Assembly (NCBI GenBank): GCA_016748015.1
Contig: JAAOMT010000694.1
Coordinates: 1 to 64,000, forward strand
DNA length: 64,000 nucleotides
Origin: Geosiphon pyriformis uo1
Taxonomy: Eukaryota > Fungi > Glomeromycota
Reading direction: 5' to 3'
Shown here: piece by piece, positions 49,899 to 63,347 of the stretch
Layout of the letters: every line of letters starts with the position of its first letter
Numbering within the stretch: the stretch's first letter is position 1
Position numbers and translations under genes: made by a program
Notes under the pieces: model-generated
What the model was told of the DNA's origin: nothing
The model's database searches: none
The model's input: only the letters and a program-made list of their open reading frames with translations

Positions 49899-52585
49899 TG
49901 GTAGGTGCATCTCCAAAGGATGAGAGTGCAAGCCAACCAGAAGAAAACCCCTTTTACGCCTTTAACTTAACTGATGATGACCATGACATGGATGAACTAG
50001 CAATTAACACCACAGAATTAACAAGGAAGAAGAAAAAAGCCAAGGTGGATTTCGTTTTGGATCCAAACAAACCATCCACATCAACTGCTGATAATAATGA
50101 GCCACCAAAGACTAAAGTTTTTAAGAATCTTCTAAAGCTAGAACCCCCAGAAATAGTACAAAAATTTGGACCTTATTCTGTTGTTAAAGATCTCATAGAA
50201 ACCCCAATACACATTACCTTTGGCCAGCTGATGACCCATCCACAGTTTAGAAAAAATCTTCGCAAATCTCTGATCCCCAAGAAGAAAATACCAAAAACCA
50301 ACAAATGCTTTCGTCAAGCTGGACTTGTTGACAACAACAACATTACCCCTTTAATTTGCAAAGCCCAAGTGGCTGGTTATTTCATTGACTTGATCCTAGA
50401 CAGTGGATCATCCATGAGTGTCATTGCCAAACATTTCTTAGAAGCAATTGGCAGAAAAATTGATGAATTTTCTACCAGACCTATGACCAATGTACATGGT
50501 AATAAAAAAAAAGGTCTTGGTATTGCCAAAACTATTCCTGTTCGCATTAATGGCATCAGTATTGAAACTGACATGGAGGTTTCTGAAGCAAAAGAATACA
50601 TCATCATTGTTAGCAATAAGTGGCTTAAGAAAGCAAAAGCCTTACTCGACTATGAACTGTGTGAATTAACCATCAGATGTGGTGAAAAGCCCATAGTGGT
50701 TAAATGCTACCATTGAACAACTCTCCCAGCAAACAAACAGGATCAAAAAGAAGAACAATCAGACAAATCAGATGATAAAGAGAGTGATGAAGAAGAAGAA
50801 CAAGAGAAACAAGAAGAAACTGCTGAACTCACATACACTACCTTCACCAGCAATGGCAAGCCACTAAATAATGTCAAAGCTGATAAAGAAGAAATCATTG
50901 TAAATAGCAAGCTGATCTGCTGGCTCTACTATGATATCCTTAAAAAAACCTTTGACCAAAAGTCTGGCAAGAAAGCCAAGTACCATTATTGGTAGCATGG
51001 TCCTTGTGCCTGGTGCTAGTGCAACCAACCCTTGTATTCTCCAAATAATGAATGCAAATTATGCCTGATCTATTACAAAGATTGGGAACCAATCAGTTTG
51101 ATACCTAGAGAAGAATTGAAAGAAGTCCAAAAGTCTTTTGAAAATGAACCACCTGAGATCTAATTACTAGTTGTAGAACAAAAAAAACTCTCTTCAGAAA
51201 AAAGAAAAATAGACATTGAAAATCTGCTGGCTAGAAACAGCCCAGTTATCTTAAAAAAAGGTGATACCTCTGGACGAACTCATGTAATACAACACACCAT
51301 CACCACCAGAGAAACTTGCTCTATTCATCTAAAGCCATATCAATCCAATTGCCATAATGATAAGTTCATCAAAAAAGAAATAAAACAAATGAAAGATCTT
51401 GGATTCATACAAAAAACCAAGAGTGAATGGGCTTTCCCAATTATAGTGGTATCCAAGAAAGGTGGAACTCTGCATTTTTGTGTTGATTATTGTCAATTAA
51501 ATGCCATTATTGAAAGAGACATGTACCCACTTCCCAAAATTAATGCAATGCTAGATCAATTCAAGGGTGCTGCTTTCTTCTCAACCATTGATCTAACTGC
51601 TAGATTTTGGCAAGTAGAGATGGATCCAGAAAGTCGGAAGAAAACTGCCTTCATCACCAAGTATGGCACCTATGAATTCACAGTCATGTCTTTTGGTCTC
51701 ACCAATGCTTCTCCCATCTTTCAATGCTTAATGGACAAAGTATTTGAATCAGTGAAAGAAAATTTTGTTCTGGTTTATTTAGATAACATAATGGTGTACT
51801 CAAAAATCTGGAATGAACATCTTGAACATTTGCAAAAGGTTTTTGACCTCCTTAGAAATGCTGGCCTTAAGATAAACCCAATCAAATTTTTCTTTGGACA
51901 GCAATCAACCCAATTTCTTGGCCATTTTATTACAAAGGATGGAATTTTTTCTGGCCCAGCCAAGATTAAAAAAGTCCAGAACATTAGACAACCAATAAAT
52001 ATTTATGAACTGCGCTCTTTCTTTGGTTTGGCTTCTTATTATCAAAAATTTGTCAAGGATTTTTCCAAAATTGCCTCTCCATTCAATCAGCTACTTAGAA
52101 AAAATGTCAATTACCACTGGGGTACACATCAGCAGAAAGCATTTGAAACTCTCAAAGAAAAATTGGTTACAGAACCTATTCTCAAACAATCTGATCTGGA
52201 TTAACCTTTTATCCTTCATACTGATACATCTGGTTATGGACTTGGTGTTGTCCTGTCACAAAAAAATAAAGATGGCAAGGAACATGCAATAGCATATGCC
52301 AATAGAACCCTTACACCAGCAGAACAGAACTATTCAGTTACTGAGCAGAAATGCTTAGCAGTAGTCTGGGCTACCAGTTACTGGAATAAGTATCTCCTAG
52401 GGGTAAAGTTTTTGGTAGTAACAGATCACCAAGCTTTGGTTTAGTTACACAATAAAAAGAAGCTAGAACATAAAAGAATAACTTACTGGATACTCCACTT
52501 GGACAAATTTGACTATGACATTCAACATCGCAAAGAAACACATCATCAAAATGCTGATGCTCTTTCTAAACTTATCATCCAGTGA
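49898..52585 (+). pseudogene. pol of A2: protease, acidic/Cys-rich linker, RT, RNase H (no dUTPase)
   Basis: LILDSGSS, FCVDY, FSTIDL, VYLDNI, LHTDTSGYGLG, TDHQAL, NADALS...IQ*. Confidence 0.92.
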
Positions 52586-52644
52586 CAGTACAACTACCTT
52601 AAACCAAACCAACCTAATTATTAGTAATTTTCTCACAACCAAAC

Positions 52645-53963
52645 ATGATAATGGACTTGGACAACTACTCTGCCTTAATAGAATTTTTGGGTAAGAACAA
52701 TACCCACTGGAATACAATTAACAGCAAAGAGAACATTTGCCAAACAATCAAATTTTTATTTGATTCACCAGAACCAACTATACAAAAGAAACAGAAAAGA
52801 TCCTGACCACTCCCAGAGAGTCATAAGATTTGAAGAAAGAGAAATTGTGATCTATAACATGCACACTGATTCATTAGCTAGACATTTTGGAAAGACTAAA
52901 ACAATTCAGAAAACTTTAGCTCACTATTATTGGCTTATCTTGGGAAAAAACATTGCTGAGTACATTAAAACCTGTAATACCTGCCAAAGAAGAGAAAAAC
53001 CCAATAGAAAAAAAGATATCCATTCAATCTCTGTTGGCCAACCATTTGACAAGATTGGTATAGATGTTGTTGGACCCTTAACAATAACCCCTAATGGCAA
53101 CAGATACATTATCACAGCTACCAACTATCTTACAAAGTGGGTAGAAGCAAGAACCACTTCAGACCAAACAGCAGTCTTAATAGCCAATTTCATTTATAAA
53201 GATATCATCTGCCATCATGGCTGCTCCAGAGAACTTTTATCTGATAGAGGAAAAGCTTTTCTCAATATACTGGTTGAAGAACTTTATAGAAAAATGGAAA
53301 TATGTTACAAACTTTCCTTCCCTTATCACCCCCAAACAAATGGCTTAGTAGAACGTTTTAATAGAACACTATGTGAAACTCTAGTCAAAACAAGTGAAAA
53401 AACAAACTTATGAGACAAAGTACTGCTTTCAGCTTTGTTTGCTTATAGAACTGTAAATTATGACATAACAAGTTATGCACTTTTTTATTTATTTTATGGA
53501 CACATGACAACACTACCAATAGAAACTGACATTGAGACAATACCCTTTGAAGAAATCACAATAGCAAATTACAAAGACATTTTGCAAAGAAGATTTGGTA
53601 CCATTCTTGACTTATTGGTAGAAGCACAAATAGTTGCTTTTGAAAAGATAAAACAGTTTCAAGAAAAGCTTAAAAAGAAAAAAACCTATAAAACACTTTT
53701 TTTAAGTGTTGGTAACTTGGTATTAGAATACCATTTAGACAAAGACAATGTTTATGGGTGATAAATTTTCTAGCCAGTGGAAAGGATGCTTTATAGTCAA
53801 CAAAGTTTTGAACAATGGTTCTTATATTCTTCAAGATCAATCTGAAACAATTTTTAATGATCGACCTGTTTATGGCATGCAACTCAAGAAATATTACAAA
53901 CGATCTGATTGGTTGCCTGTTGTGGTAATACTGACTCAAATGATCAACAAAAATCAAGTATAA
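52645..53963 (+). pseudogene. Integrase of A2 (separate ORF)
   Basis: HHCC, IGIDVVGPL, SDRG, HPQTNGLVERFN, WKGCFIV. Confidence 0.92.
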
Positions 53964-54004
53964 ATAAATGCACCATTCCCAAAACAGAGGTATCTTCAAT
54001 TGAC

Positions 54005-54661
54005 ATGAACAATTATTTTCTGGATCAAAACATTCAAAATGCTTTCTATACTCTCCATGAGTATTGGATTAAAAACTATCCAAATGCTACTTTAACTATT
54101 GGAAAACAGACCACCATAACTGACAACAGTGGAACATATACTGTTATTAGACCAAAGAAAACAACTACCAGAAGAGAAAAAATTGGTGGCAAAATAGATA
54201 AATATCTGCTAGAAAGTATAACAGCAGTGATACTTGTACTTTCTACCACACTTGGAAAAACAATTAAAGAAATCTTACTCATGGACAAAAACTTATCATA
54301 TGGAAGACAACTAGAGCTCTATAATCACCTTGGTGAAATTATAGATGACATGAAGCTTATAAAGAAAACAACTTCAGAGATACAGGCAGAAATTTTGGGC
54401 ATTATATGATTAGATGTTCCAAGAGTTTTAACCATTGCTAAAAGAGCCAAAACTTTAATACAAAGATTTGGTCTCTTGGATACAAAACTCATTTTGCCTC
54501 AAGTATTATACACCCTATCTACAAAAGACTTCAATAAATTAGTTAGCTTTGAGTTAGATAAAACTCTTCAAATAGATTACACTATAAATAGCTTAATTTT
54601 ACCAGAGCTCAATCTCTTTGGAGAGAATAATATTATGGTTGAAACCTATACTTCTTATTGA
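54005..54661 (+). pseudogene. Family A ORF-X (one internal TGA)
   Basis: The ORFs at 53909-54409 and 54476-54661 are in the same frame. Overlaps the PPT and the LTR start. Confidence 0.78.
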
Positions 54662-55259
54662 TTATCATATGTATTAGCCACTGATGTTATATGATTAACC
54701 ACACTATTTTTAGAAAGTGATCATTGACCACTTTTGATAGCTATATAAGTAATGAATCTCTTAGCTGTAGAAAAGCATGTAATAACAACTATCTGAATAA
54801 TTAAGAATAAATAAAATAACAACTTTCATCCCAATCCTTCTCTTATCGCTAATTTTCTTTTCTTTATCTTCAAATATCTGAACATCTTAAAAATAAAAGA
54901 TTACTTGTTGGCCTTTTCCTAATGTATATAATTGTAGCATTTGAAAATTATTTGAATAAATGTGACTGAAAAGCACAAGTTGATATCTGATATTGAATTC
55001 TAAGAGCACTGATGTGAGGCATAGAATTATACCAGTGGTGATCAATTGTTAACAGTATGGACTATTCCTCTACCTTTAGATTCTCTAGTTACCTTTGAAA
55101 AGAATAGCAACTGAGATATTTTATGAGACTGATCTTGCACATTGAATCCATATTCATTCAATTCACTCTTTAAAGTTGAATTCCCCTTTGATTATTTCCA
55201 TCACCCTACAATCCTGTTCTTCTTTGCTATCCATTAGCTTGTTACTTCAACCCGTAACA
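54631..55259 (+). repeat. 3' LTR of A2
   Basis: PPT ggagagaataa. Ends caacccgtaaca. Confidence 0.95.
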
Positions 55260-56133
55260 ATATTATTACTTAATCAATAATCCGATTTGTACTCTAGAAA
55301 TTAAGATGATCAAATTACACAATACCTTGAACCATTTAACATAGTCAAAATTTGCCGAAATTAATGAAAATTGGCCGAAATAATCAAATAGTTCAGTGAA
55401 ATAACTTGTAGTTTGCCAAAATGTATCTTTAGTTCACCCAAATTGTAGCAAAAAGAAAAGTGCAAGTTCAAAGACTAGTACTACAACAAGTTGTATAAAA
55501 AAAGAGCTTTTTTTTTCAAGAAAATGTATCTTCTCATAGTATCTTATCATAGCATCCTACTTTAGATATCTTAATTGAAACAAATCACCTTTTATACATT
55601 CAAATAAAAATTAAATATTCGAGAAACAAATCTTTAAAATTATTACACTTGAAATTCTCTCAACACAACTAATGTTTTGAAATTGTTAGTGACTTCAGGT
55701 CTAGATAGAAAACAGTTTCTTTGATAAAATTTTATTTCTTTTATATTTCTTTTATTTTTTTTTTCTTTCTTATCATAATTATTAGGGTAGTCTACAGATG
55801 AAATTTCTGTAGAAAAGTTGACTTTTACAGCAAAGTAACTACACATTTTTAGTAAGCTTCCAGACAGGCAATTCTTGAGAAAGAGTTGATATTTACTACA
55901 ATGTAACTACATAAAGTAACTGGCAAGGAATTGGCCATTTCACTTATAAGCCCAGCAGTTCAAATTATAAGAGATAATTTGAAGATAAATTCAGTTACTG
56001 GAGGTCCAACTACTTTCTAGAAACGTGAATTCACAGCAAATCAACATTAACAACATTCAAGAAAAGAGACCAAAAACCTCCAATAACATTTGGTGCTCTC
56101 CCACAAAAATAACACAGCAACAACAAATTCAAA

Positions 56134-59100
56134 GTGGTGACCACACCAGACACAACAACTCTAGAGTATTATCAGTTAATCTACACACACTGCAAGCAAA
56201 AATTCAACATCTAAGACGGAATTAAAATTTTCAAGAAATCACTATACCAAAACATTAAAAATCACATCAACAACTATCTTTTTAGAAACTACAATATTTT
56301 AGAAGTCAGAAACAATCTTTACAATAATTTAATACACTATTCACAATTGGGAACAGAAGACCTGAACAGTGAAACACTTGCTACCTATTTTCAAAAACTT
56401 AATTTTAACATTATTGAGTATTGTGAAGAAAAATACCTAGTACAGTTTCAATACTCTATTGACTTTGAATTAGAGACAGAAACAAGCAACAAAGGCAAAC
56501 AAAAATTAAAGCAATACTCAAAAACCACTTCAAACACTCCAATACTACAAAAGACAACTGCCAAACACTTGCAAACACCTGAACAAAAAACCAGTATCAA
56601 ATTACCATTTTCTATTACACCATTTCTAATTTCACTTACTCAACCACAAACACCAAGTTCATCACTTAACCATTTCTCCAGACCAGAAGATTTTCAGTTA
56701 CCTAGAAATCTTACTCAACAGCAAAAACCAATATCAACAAGTGCCAATATCATTGATTACTTACAGGAAAACGAAAGTAATCATTTAGAAAGTCTGGAAA
56801 GTGAAAAAACTGAATCAGAACAAAAAAAAATTACAGAAAACGAAAAAGAAATGGCAATTGCTTATATTGCAAAAATTTCAAAATTTACTGGTGAAGATAA
56901 TAATACCAGTTCTCAAAAATGGCTTGACAAAGTTCAAAAAGCAGAAGATGCAAATGGTTGGACTGCAGCAAGAATGCTCAAAGCAATCCCATACTTCCTC
57001 TAAGGAACTGTAAGAGAATGGTTTGAAAATTTAGGAGAACTATTTGAAAACTGGCAAGCATTCAAAAATGCTTTCTTACAACAATTTACTGACAACAACA
57101 CATCCATCACTCTTCATAATTGCTTTTACAATATCAAACAAGAAACATCTGAAACTGTTATGACCTATCTGGGAAGATTCAACAAACTTCTTTAACAAAT
57201 TTAACAATTGGAAACCAATGAATACTATTCTGATGCCCAGATTCTGGATCAGTTTATAGCAGGATTAAAGAACAAATTAATCAAGAAAGTTCGCCCACAT
57301 GCCCCAAAAAACTTAGCAACAGCCATTAGACATGCAAAGAACTATAAAATGGCTATGAAAGAAGCAAACCACACCAAACTTGTCAACCTAGCTATTGGAG
57401 AAACCAATTCAGCAGCTGAAAAGAAAATAGACTAACTCACAAAGAAAGTTGAAAGCTACTTCACAAATTAACAATAACAGCAACAACAACCACAAAGATA
57501 TTAACCCCCACAATGACATTACCAAAACAATTTTGGATCACCATCCAACAACCAACCTCAAAATTGTTATTATTGTGGAATTCCAAGACACTGGAAACGA
57601 AATTGTAGAAAATTACAAAGAGACCAACAAAACAAGAGTAATCAACATTACTCTTTACCACAACAATCTTATTACTAATCTCTACCACCAACTTATTATT
57701 CACCAAGACCACAAAATCAAAACAGTTATTATTAACCAGCTCCACAACCAATTTAGCAACAATATCAGCAACCTTTACCAACTCAGCAATATCAGACACC
57801 ACTCACTTAACAATATCAAGTACCAGCCAGAAGATTGGTTCAACATAACCCCAAAATCAATTTCAGAATAACAACAACAGAATCAATTCAAATAATCAGT
57901 TGGTTTCCCGAAATTCTGGTCAGCAAAGACCCAATTACTATCACACTCAACCCAGTTATTTTACAATGTCTGAAGGATCGAATTTTCAACAATCTGTACT
58001 TTCTGAAGGTGAAGTTGCAACACCAAGATCAAACTCTTCCAACAACACTATTCCATCAGCCCAAATTGCCCAAAATGCCAACTTTTCAGATATATTCTCA
58101 TTCGAATTTGAAGCAAATTAATCACTATTCTTGCTTAGTAATGCAGCAGCTAATGAACAAAAAGCTATCACTGCCATGTATACTAAAGCTACAGTAGAAG
58201 GAAAACCCATCCGATTAATTCTAGACAGTGAATTAGCTGGAAGTATTATTACTTATCAGTTAATGCAATAGCTTCAAAGAACTGTTGACAGACCAGCCCA
58301 AACTGTAATCATTACAGCAGATGATATGAAAAAAACACCAGTAAGAGAAATTGACAATTTTCCATTTACCATTGATGGAATCATTATTCCAGTCAAAGTT
58401 CTAGTCATAGATGCACCCCAATACCAAGCTCTAATCGGAAATAATTGGCTTCTTAAGGCCAATGCAAACTTGGATTGAAAAACTCAGAAATTAAAAATCT
58501 TATACCAAAGACAATACACCATAGTACTTGTTACTTATAAAACTTTCAACAAATGATCAGAAAAAGCCCCAGTATTTGAATTTGAAGAGGAGAAAGAAAT
58601 GCCACTCACTGAAATCTACATGGCTCTTGGATCAACATCCAATTGGGCTGAGAAAACAGAACAAAAGATTTTTGAAGAATCAAGAGAATGGAAGAAAGTT
58701 AGATATTTCACATCAGAACCACGAAAAGAACCACCATACATTCCACTAAAATACAAAGATTGCAAAAAGAAGCTTTCATCTATGGAAGCCTGTATTTTGC
58801 TAGAAGAGGAATATGAAACTTGCACTTGCTACATCTGCAAAACATGCCATAGAGAATGATTTGGATCTTTAAAAAGAAGTGGAAAATAAGACAACACATC
58901 TTGTCTCACATGTGGAAATATGCTATTGGAAGAATGCAACTGGATTGATGTTGCAACAAGAAGAGGAGTATGTAATTAAACCTGTCAATATGCTCTATCA
59001 ATTTCAGAAAAAATCAGAAGAGGAACACCATTTGATGTAGCATACAACAGTGTTCTCAATAAACTTTACCACTATTCTTATGATGCTAAAATAATCTTTG

Positions 59101-61732
59101 ATTTAGCAATGGCTTTAATTAATAAAGCCATACAGAAAGATATCCACCAAATGAAAGAAGCTGAGTACATTGAATACACAATGAAATTAACTGAATTCAA
59201 CTATGAAGATGAGGTAGAGACATACAACCAAATTGCAAGCTACATATATCTAACACAAGAAGCTCAAATTTAATAATTAGAGCAAATGAACATTCAATTA
59301 TGTGAAGAATACATCATGCCTTGTGATGACAAATAGTGTTCAAAATGCTATGCTCTTAGCATTCCTCTGCCCAGTAAAAATGACCAGGAAGAAATCAAAT
59401 TTGGGAAACCTAAAACAAAAAAAAAAATCACAACAATACCAATCTATCTTATTAAAAACCAGTCTGCTATACAACTCAAATACTTTAACAACAATGGGCA
59501 AGAAATAAAACCAGAAAAAACCCACGAAGTTGATGCAGGATATGACCTCAGATATTCTGGCAAAGACACTTTGGTTCTCTAACCAAAGTCCTTAATAAAA
59601 ATCAATCTTAAAATTGCTCTTGAAATTCCACTTAGAGCAATGGTTCAAATTGCATTTAGATCATCATTGGCAAGTAAAAGAATCAACATTAGAAAAAGAG
59701 TCCTAGATGCAGGATATACTGGAGACATTACTATCATGTTACAGAATAAAACAGACAAACCATTCAGGATTGAACATACTGAGAAAATTACCCAAGCAAT
59801 TTACCTACCCTTAATCAACATTTCGGGTTTACAATCAGTGAAAAACAGAAAACAATTGGAAAAAAGTGAAAGAAAAACTCAAGGTTTTGGTTCAACTGGA
59901 CGATTTATAGTGCCAGTAAACATAGCTCTCAATGCACAAAATAAATCCCACCAGATTCTTCAACTTCCCCAACCAATTACTATTTCACCTTTTGGAGAAC
60001 ATCATGAAATTTACATCTGCTCAAAACTCACCACTACTCAACAAATTTTTGAATCCAATGAACAAATCTGTTTGAAGCATAAAATCTTAATCCCAAATGT
60101 TTATATTCCTAAAGGAATGAAAAAATTTTGAATTACATTCTACAACTCCAACAATTATCCTATTGTCCTATTAAATAAATTAAAAATTGGAATCATACAT
60201 AATAACATTTTCCAAGATGAAAACCCTCAAATTGTTTCTAATTTCATCGAAATTATAAGACATATTCTACTTCCAAATCCAAACATCATTTCTACTACTG
60301 AAAACTATCACCTTTTGGAAGAAAAACTCTCTCAAATCAACATAAGTCTCTTAGAACCCCAACAACAAAAACAATTAAAACAACTAATAGCTAAATTTGC
60401 AGATATCTTTACAAAAGACAACAATAACCTTGGAAAAACTGATATTGTTCAACATCAGATCCACACAGAAGATGCTCTACCAAAAAGACAACAAGCTTAT
60501 TGAGTACCATCTGCCAGCCACCAATTCATCAGAGAAAAAATCTAAAGAATGCTCAATAATAGATTGATTCAACTATCAAAAAGTTTTTGGGCCTCATCAG
60601 TAGTTTTAGTTAAAAAGAAAAACGGAAAAATCAGATTTTGTGTTAATTATAGACAACTGAATAGTGTTACAATTGAAGATGCCTATCCTTTTCTAAGAAT
60701 TAATAACATGCTAGATGCTCTAGGAAAAGCCAAGTTTTTTTCAACTTTAGACTTGGAAAGTGGATATTGGCAAGTCGAAATGGACCCAAAATAGCATTCA
60801 CCACTCAAAAAAAAACTATAAGTTCAATATTATGCCTTTTGAATTCTGCAATGCACCAGCAATATTTCAATGACTTATAGATATTGTATATGAAGAACTT
60901 TTGTGGAAATTAGTGGTTGTCTATCTTGATAACACTGATGTATACTCACTAAGCTTTAAAGCCTACCTTATCTACTTGCAAGAAGTTTTTCAACAATTAT
61001 GGAAAGCAGGATTAAAGTTGAACATTGAAAAATGTCACTTTGGAAAAACAAGCTTAATCTTTCTTGGACACATTGTTAGCAAAGATGGAATCAAACCAAA
61101 CCCTGGAACAATCAGTGCTGTCAAAAACTTTCAAACTCCTAAAAATACCACAGAACTATGAGAATTTATAAGATTAGCCTCCTACTATCAAAAATTCATA
61201 AAAAGATTCTCAGAAATTGCCAAACCACTCAACTATCTTATCAACAAAAACATGCCATATCAATAGACTAAAAAACAACAAAAAGCTTTTGAAACTCTCA
61301 AAACAAAATTGACAACAGCCCCAATTCTTGCTTACTTAGACTTCAACAAACAATTTCAACTAGCCATTAATGCTTCACACATAGCTTTTGGTGTCATCTT
61401 ATCACAATTAGATAAAAATGGCCAAGAACAAATTATTGCCTACACCAGCAGAACACTCAAGCCAACAGAACTCAAATATGACTCAACTGAATTAGAAGCT
61501 GCCACAGTCATCTGGGCTCTTAAACACTTTCAACAATACCTGAAGAATGAAAAAGAATTTGACATTATAATTGACAATATTGGCCTCAAATGGCTCAACA
61601 AAAAAAACTGAACAAAATACCAAACAGTCTTGATGGAATGACTTCTTAGCAGACTACAAATATATTGTATATCATAAACCAGGAAAACTACACACCAATG
61701 TTGATAGCCTTTCAAAAATAAGACAAGATTAA
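56134..61732 (+). pseudogene. gag-pol of D
   Basis: KFTGED...KWLDKV, CYYCGIPRHWKRNC, LILDS, RFCVNYRQLN, VYLDNT, ELEAATVIWAL. Ends LSKIRQD*. Confidence 0.9.
59505..59900 (+). pseudogene. dut: dUTPase domain in D pol
   Basis: All five motifs are present: AGYDL, RSSLA, VLDAGYTG, KITQ, RKTQGFGSTG. Confidence 0.92.
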
Positions 61733-61790
61733 TATTAACAACAAAACTCATTACAATTTACCAATTTACCAACACAATAACCAAACAACA

Positions 61791-63175
61791 ATGAACCCTA
61801 GAAATTACAACAATATTAAAAACTATTTGGAGACTCTTACTATGCCAGAAAATTGGTCTCCAAGTAAAAAACATCAATTACAACACCAATCCAAACAATA
61901 TTTCATACATCATAACAAAATCTATTACAAAAATTGCAGAAATCCAAACCAACTACTCAGATTAATACAAGAGAATGAAAAAGAAACAATCTTATACAAC
62001 ATGCACACAGATTCTTCTTCAGCACACTTAGGAAGAGATGGAACAATACAAAAAACTCTTAAACATTACTTTTGGTCTCAAATACAAAAAGACATTTGAA
62101 AATATGTAGAATTTTGTGATAGTTGTCAAAGAAAAAGAGGAACTTGCCCCACAGAACTTTTAAATCCAATCAAAGTTGGACAACTTTTTAACAAAGTTGG
62201 AATTGATTTAATTGGACCATTACCTATCACAACTCAAGGAAATCGTTATATTGCAGTTGCAGTAGATTATTTTACCAAATAGCCTGAAGCTAGAGCCATC
62301 CAAAGAGCAGATGCAAAATCAGTAACAAATTTTATCTATAAAGACATTATTTGTAAACATAGATGCCAATTGAACTCTTATCTGATCAAAGAACACATTT
62401 TGTGAACAACTTGATACAAAAAATTTGTGAATAATTCAATGTCAAAAGACCTTTATTATCACCTTATTATACTTAAACAAATAGACTTGTAGAATGTTTC
62501 AACAGAACATTATGTGAATCTCTAGCCAAAGTCTCAATAGACTTTGAACAAGAATAGGATATCTTTATTCCATCAGTGTTACTAGTATACAAAACACTAA
62601 AACAAGATACTATAAAACACATACTATTTGATTTAACTTATAGAAGGACAGCAATATTACCAATTAATTTTACAGTGGAAACATACTCTGTGCAACCAAT
62701 TAATGAAAAAAACTTTCAAAAAACACTTCAAAAAAGAGCCTATACTCTTCTTAGTACACTGGAAGGAAAAAGAAAGATAGCAGCAACTCATATTGAACAT
62801 TCCCAAGCTCAACAAAAAGAAAGACATGACAACAAATTACCATTCATAACCAATAAATTTAAAGTTGGAAATAAAGTTCTCTTATACAAAACTAAGGCTG
62901 AAAAACAATAGAGTAAGAAATTTGAAAACAAATAGGATGGACTATTTTATATTCACGAAATTCTAAACAATGGATTATACAAGTTAAGACTTGATGACAA
63001 AGTACTAGCAAAAGTTACACATGGAGATAGATTGAAACACTATCATTCCAGAAACAATCCTAAACTATTAATTCCACAAATTGGTACACATTTCTCTTTA
63101 GTTAATCCTGAAGATATTCCCCGAAATTTAGAACCAATAATTATAATAGAACAACAGCCAAACTTGAACACTTAA
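61791..63175 (+). pseudogene. Integrase of D (separate ORF)
   Basis: MNPRNY..., HHCC, VGIDLIGPL, SDQ. Confidence 0.9.
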
Positions 63176-63347
63176 TTCAACATAATTTTACAATAATCTT
63201 TTTTTTAATAACCCACAAAACATAAATCAAAAACAGTAAATAATTACAAAAAAACATTTAAACCCAAAAACAAATAAAAACTCTATACCCAAAAAATAAT
63301 TTTCTTTATTCTTTTTCAAACTTTGTTATTAATTAGTCATTTTTATC

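Larger units (their letters stand above)
38508..49904 (+). pseudogene. gag of A2 (split by element C at 39294-49132)
   Basis: FRGDAQDPIEWLDDFERAA capsid motif. The frame rejoins as TSFTTQ|FENKFRT. Knuckle CYYCRLTGHFSKDC. Confidence 0.9.
37827..55259 (+). mobile_element. Complete Gypsy family A element (A2), TSD ATAT, with element C nested in gag
   Basis: Two 629-bp LTRs. ATAT at 37823-37826 and 55260-55263. Confidence 0.95.

Noticed and set aside
53700-53963. Chromodomain at the integrase C-terminus
   Set aside because: Integrase ends shortly after the GPF/Y-type module, and I see no chromodomain motif in any family.
59505-59900. Host dut gene
   Set aside because: It lies inside pol at the same position in three elements.
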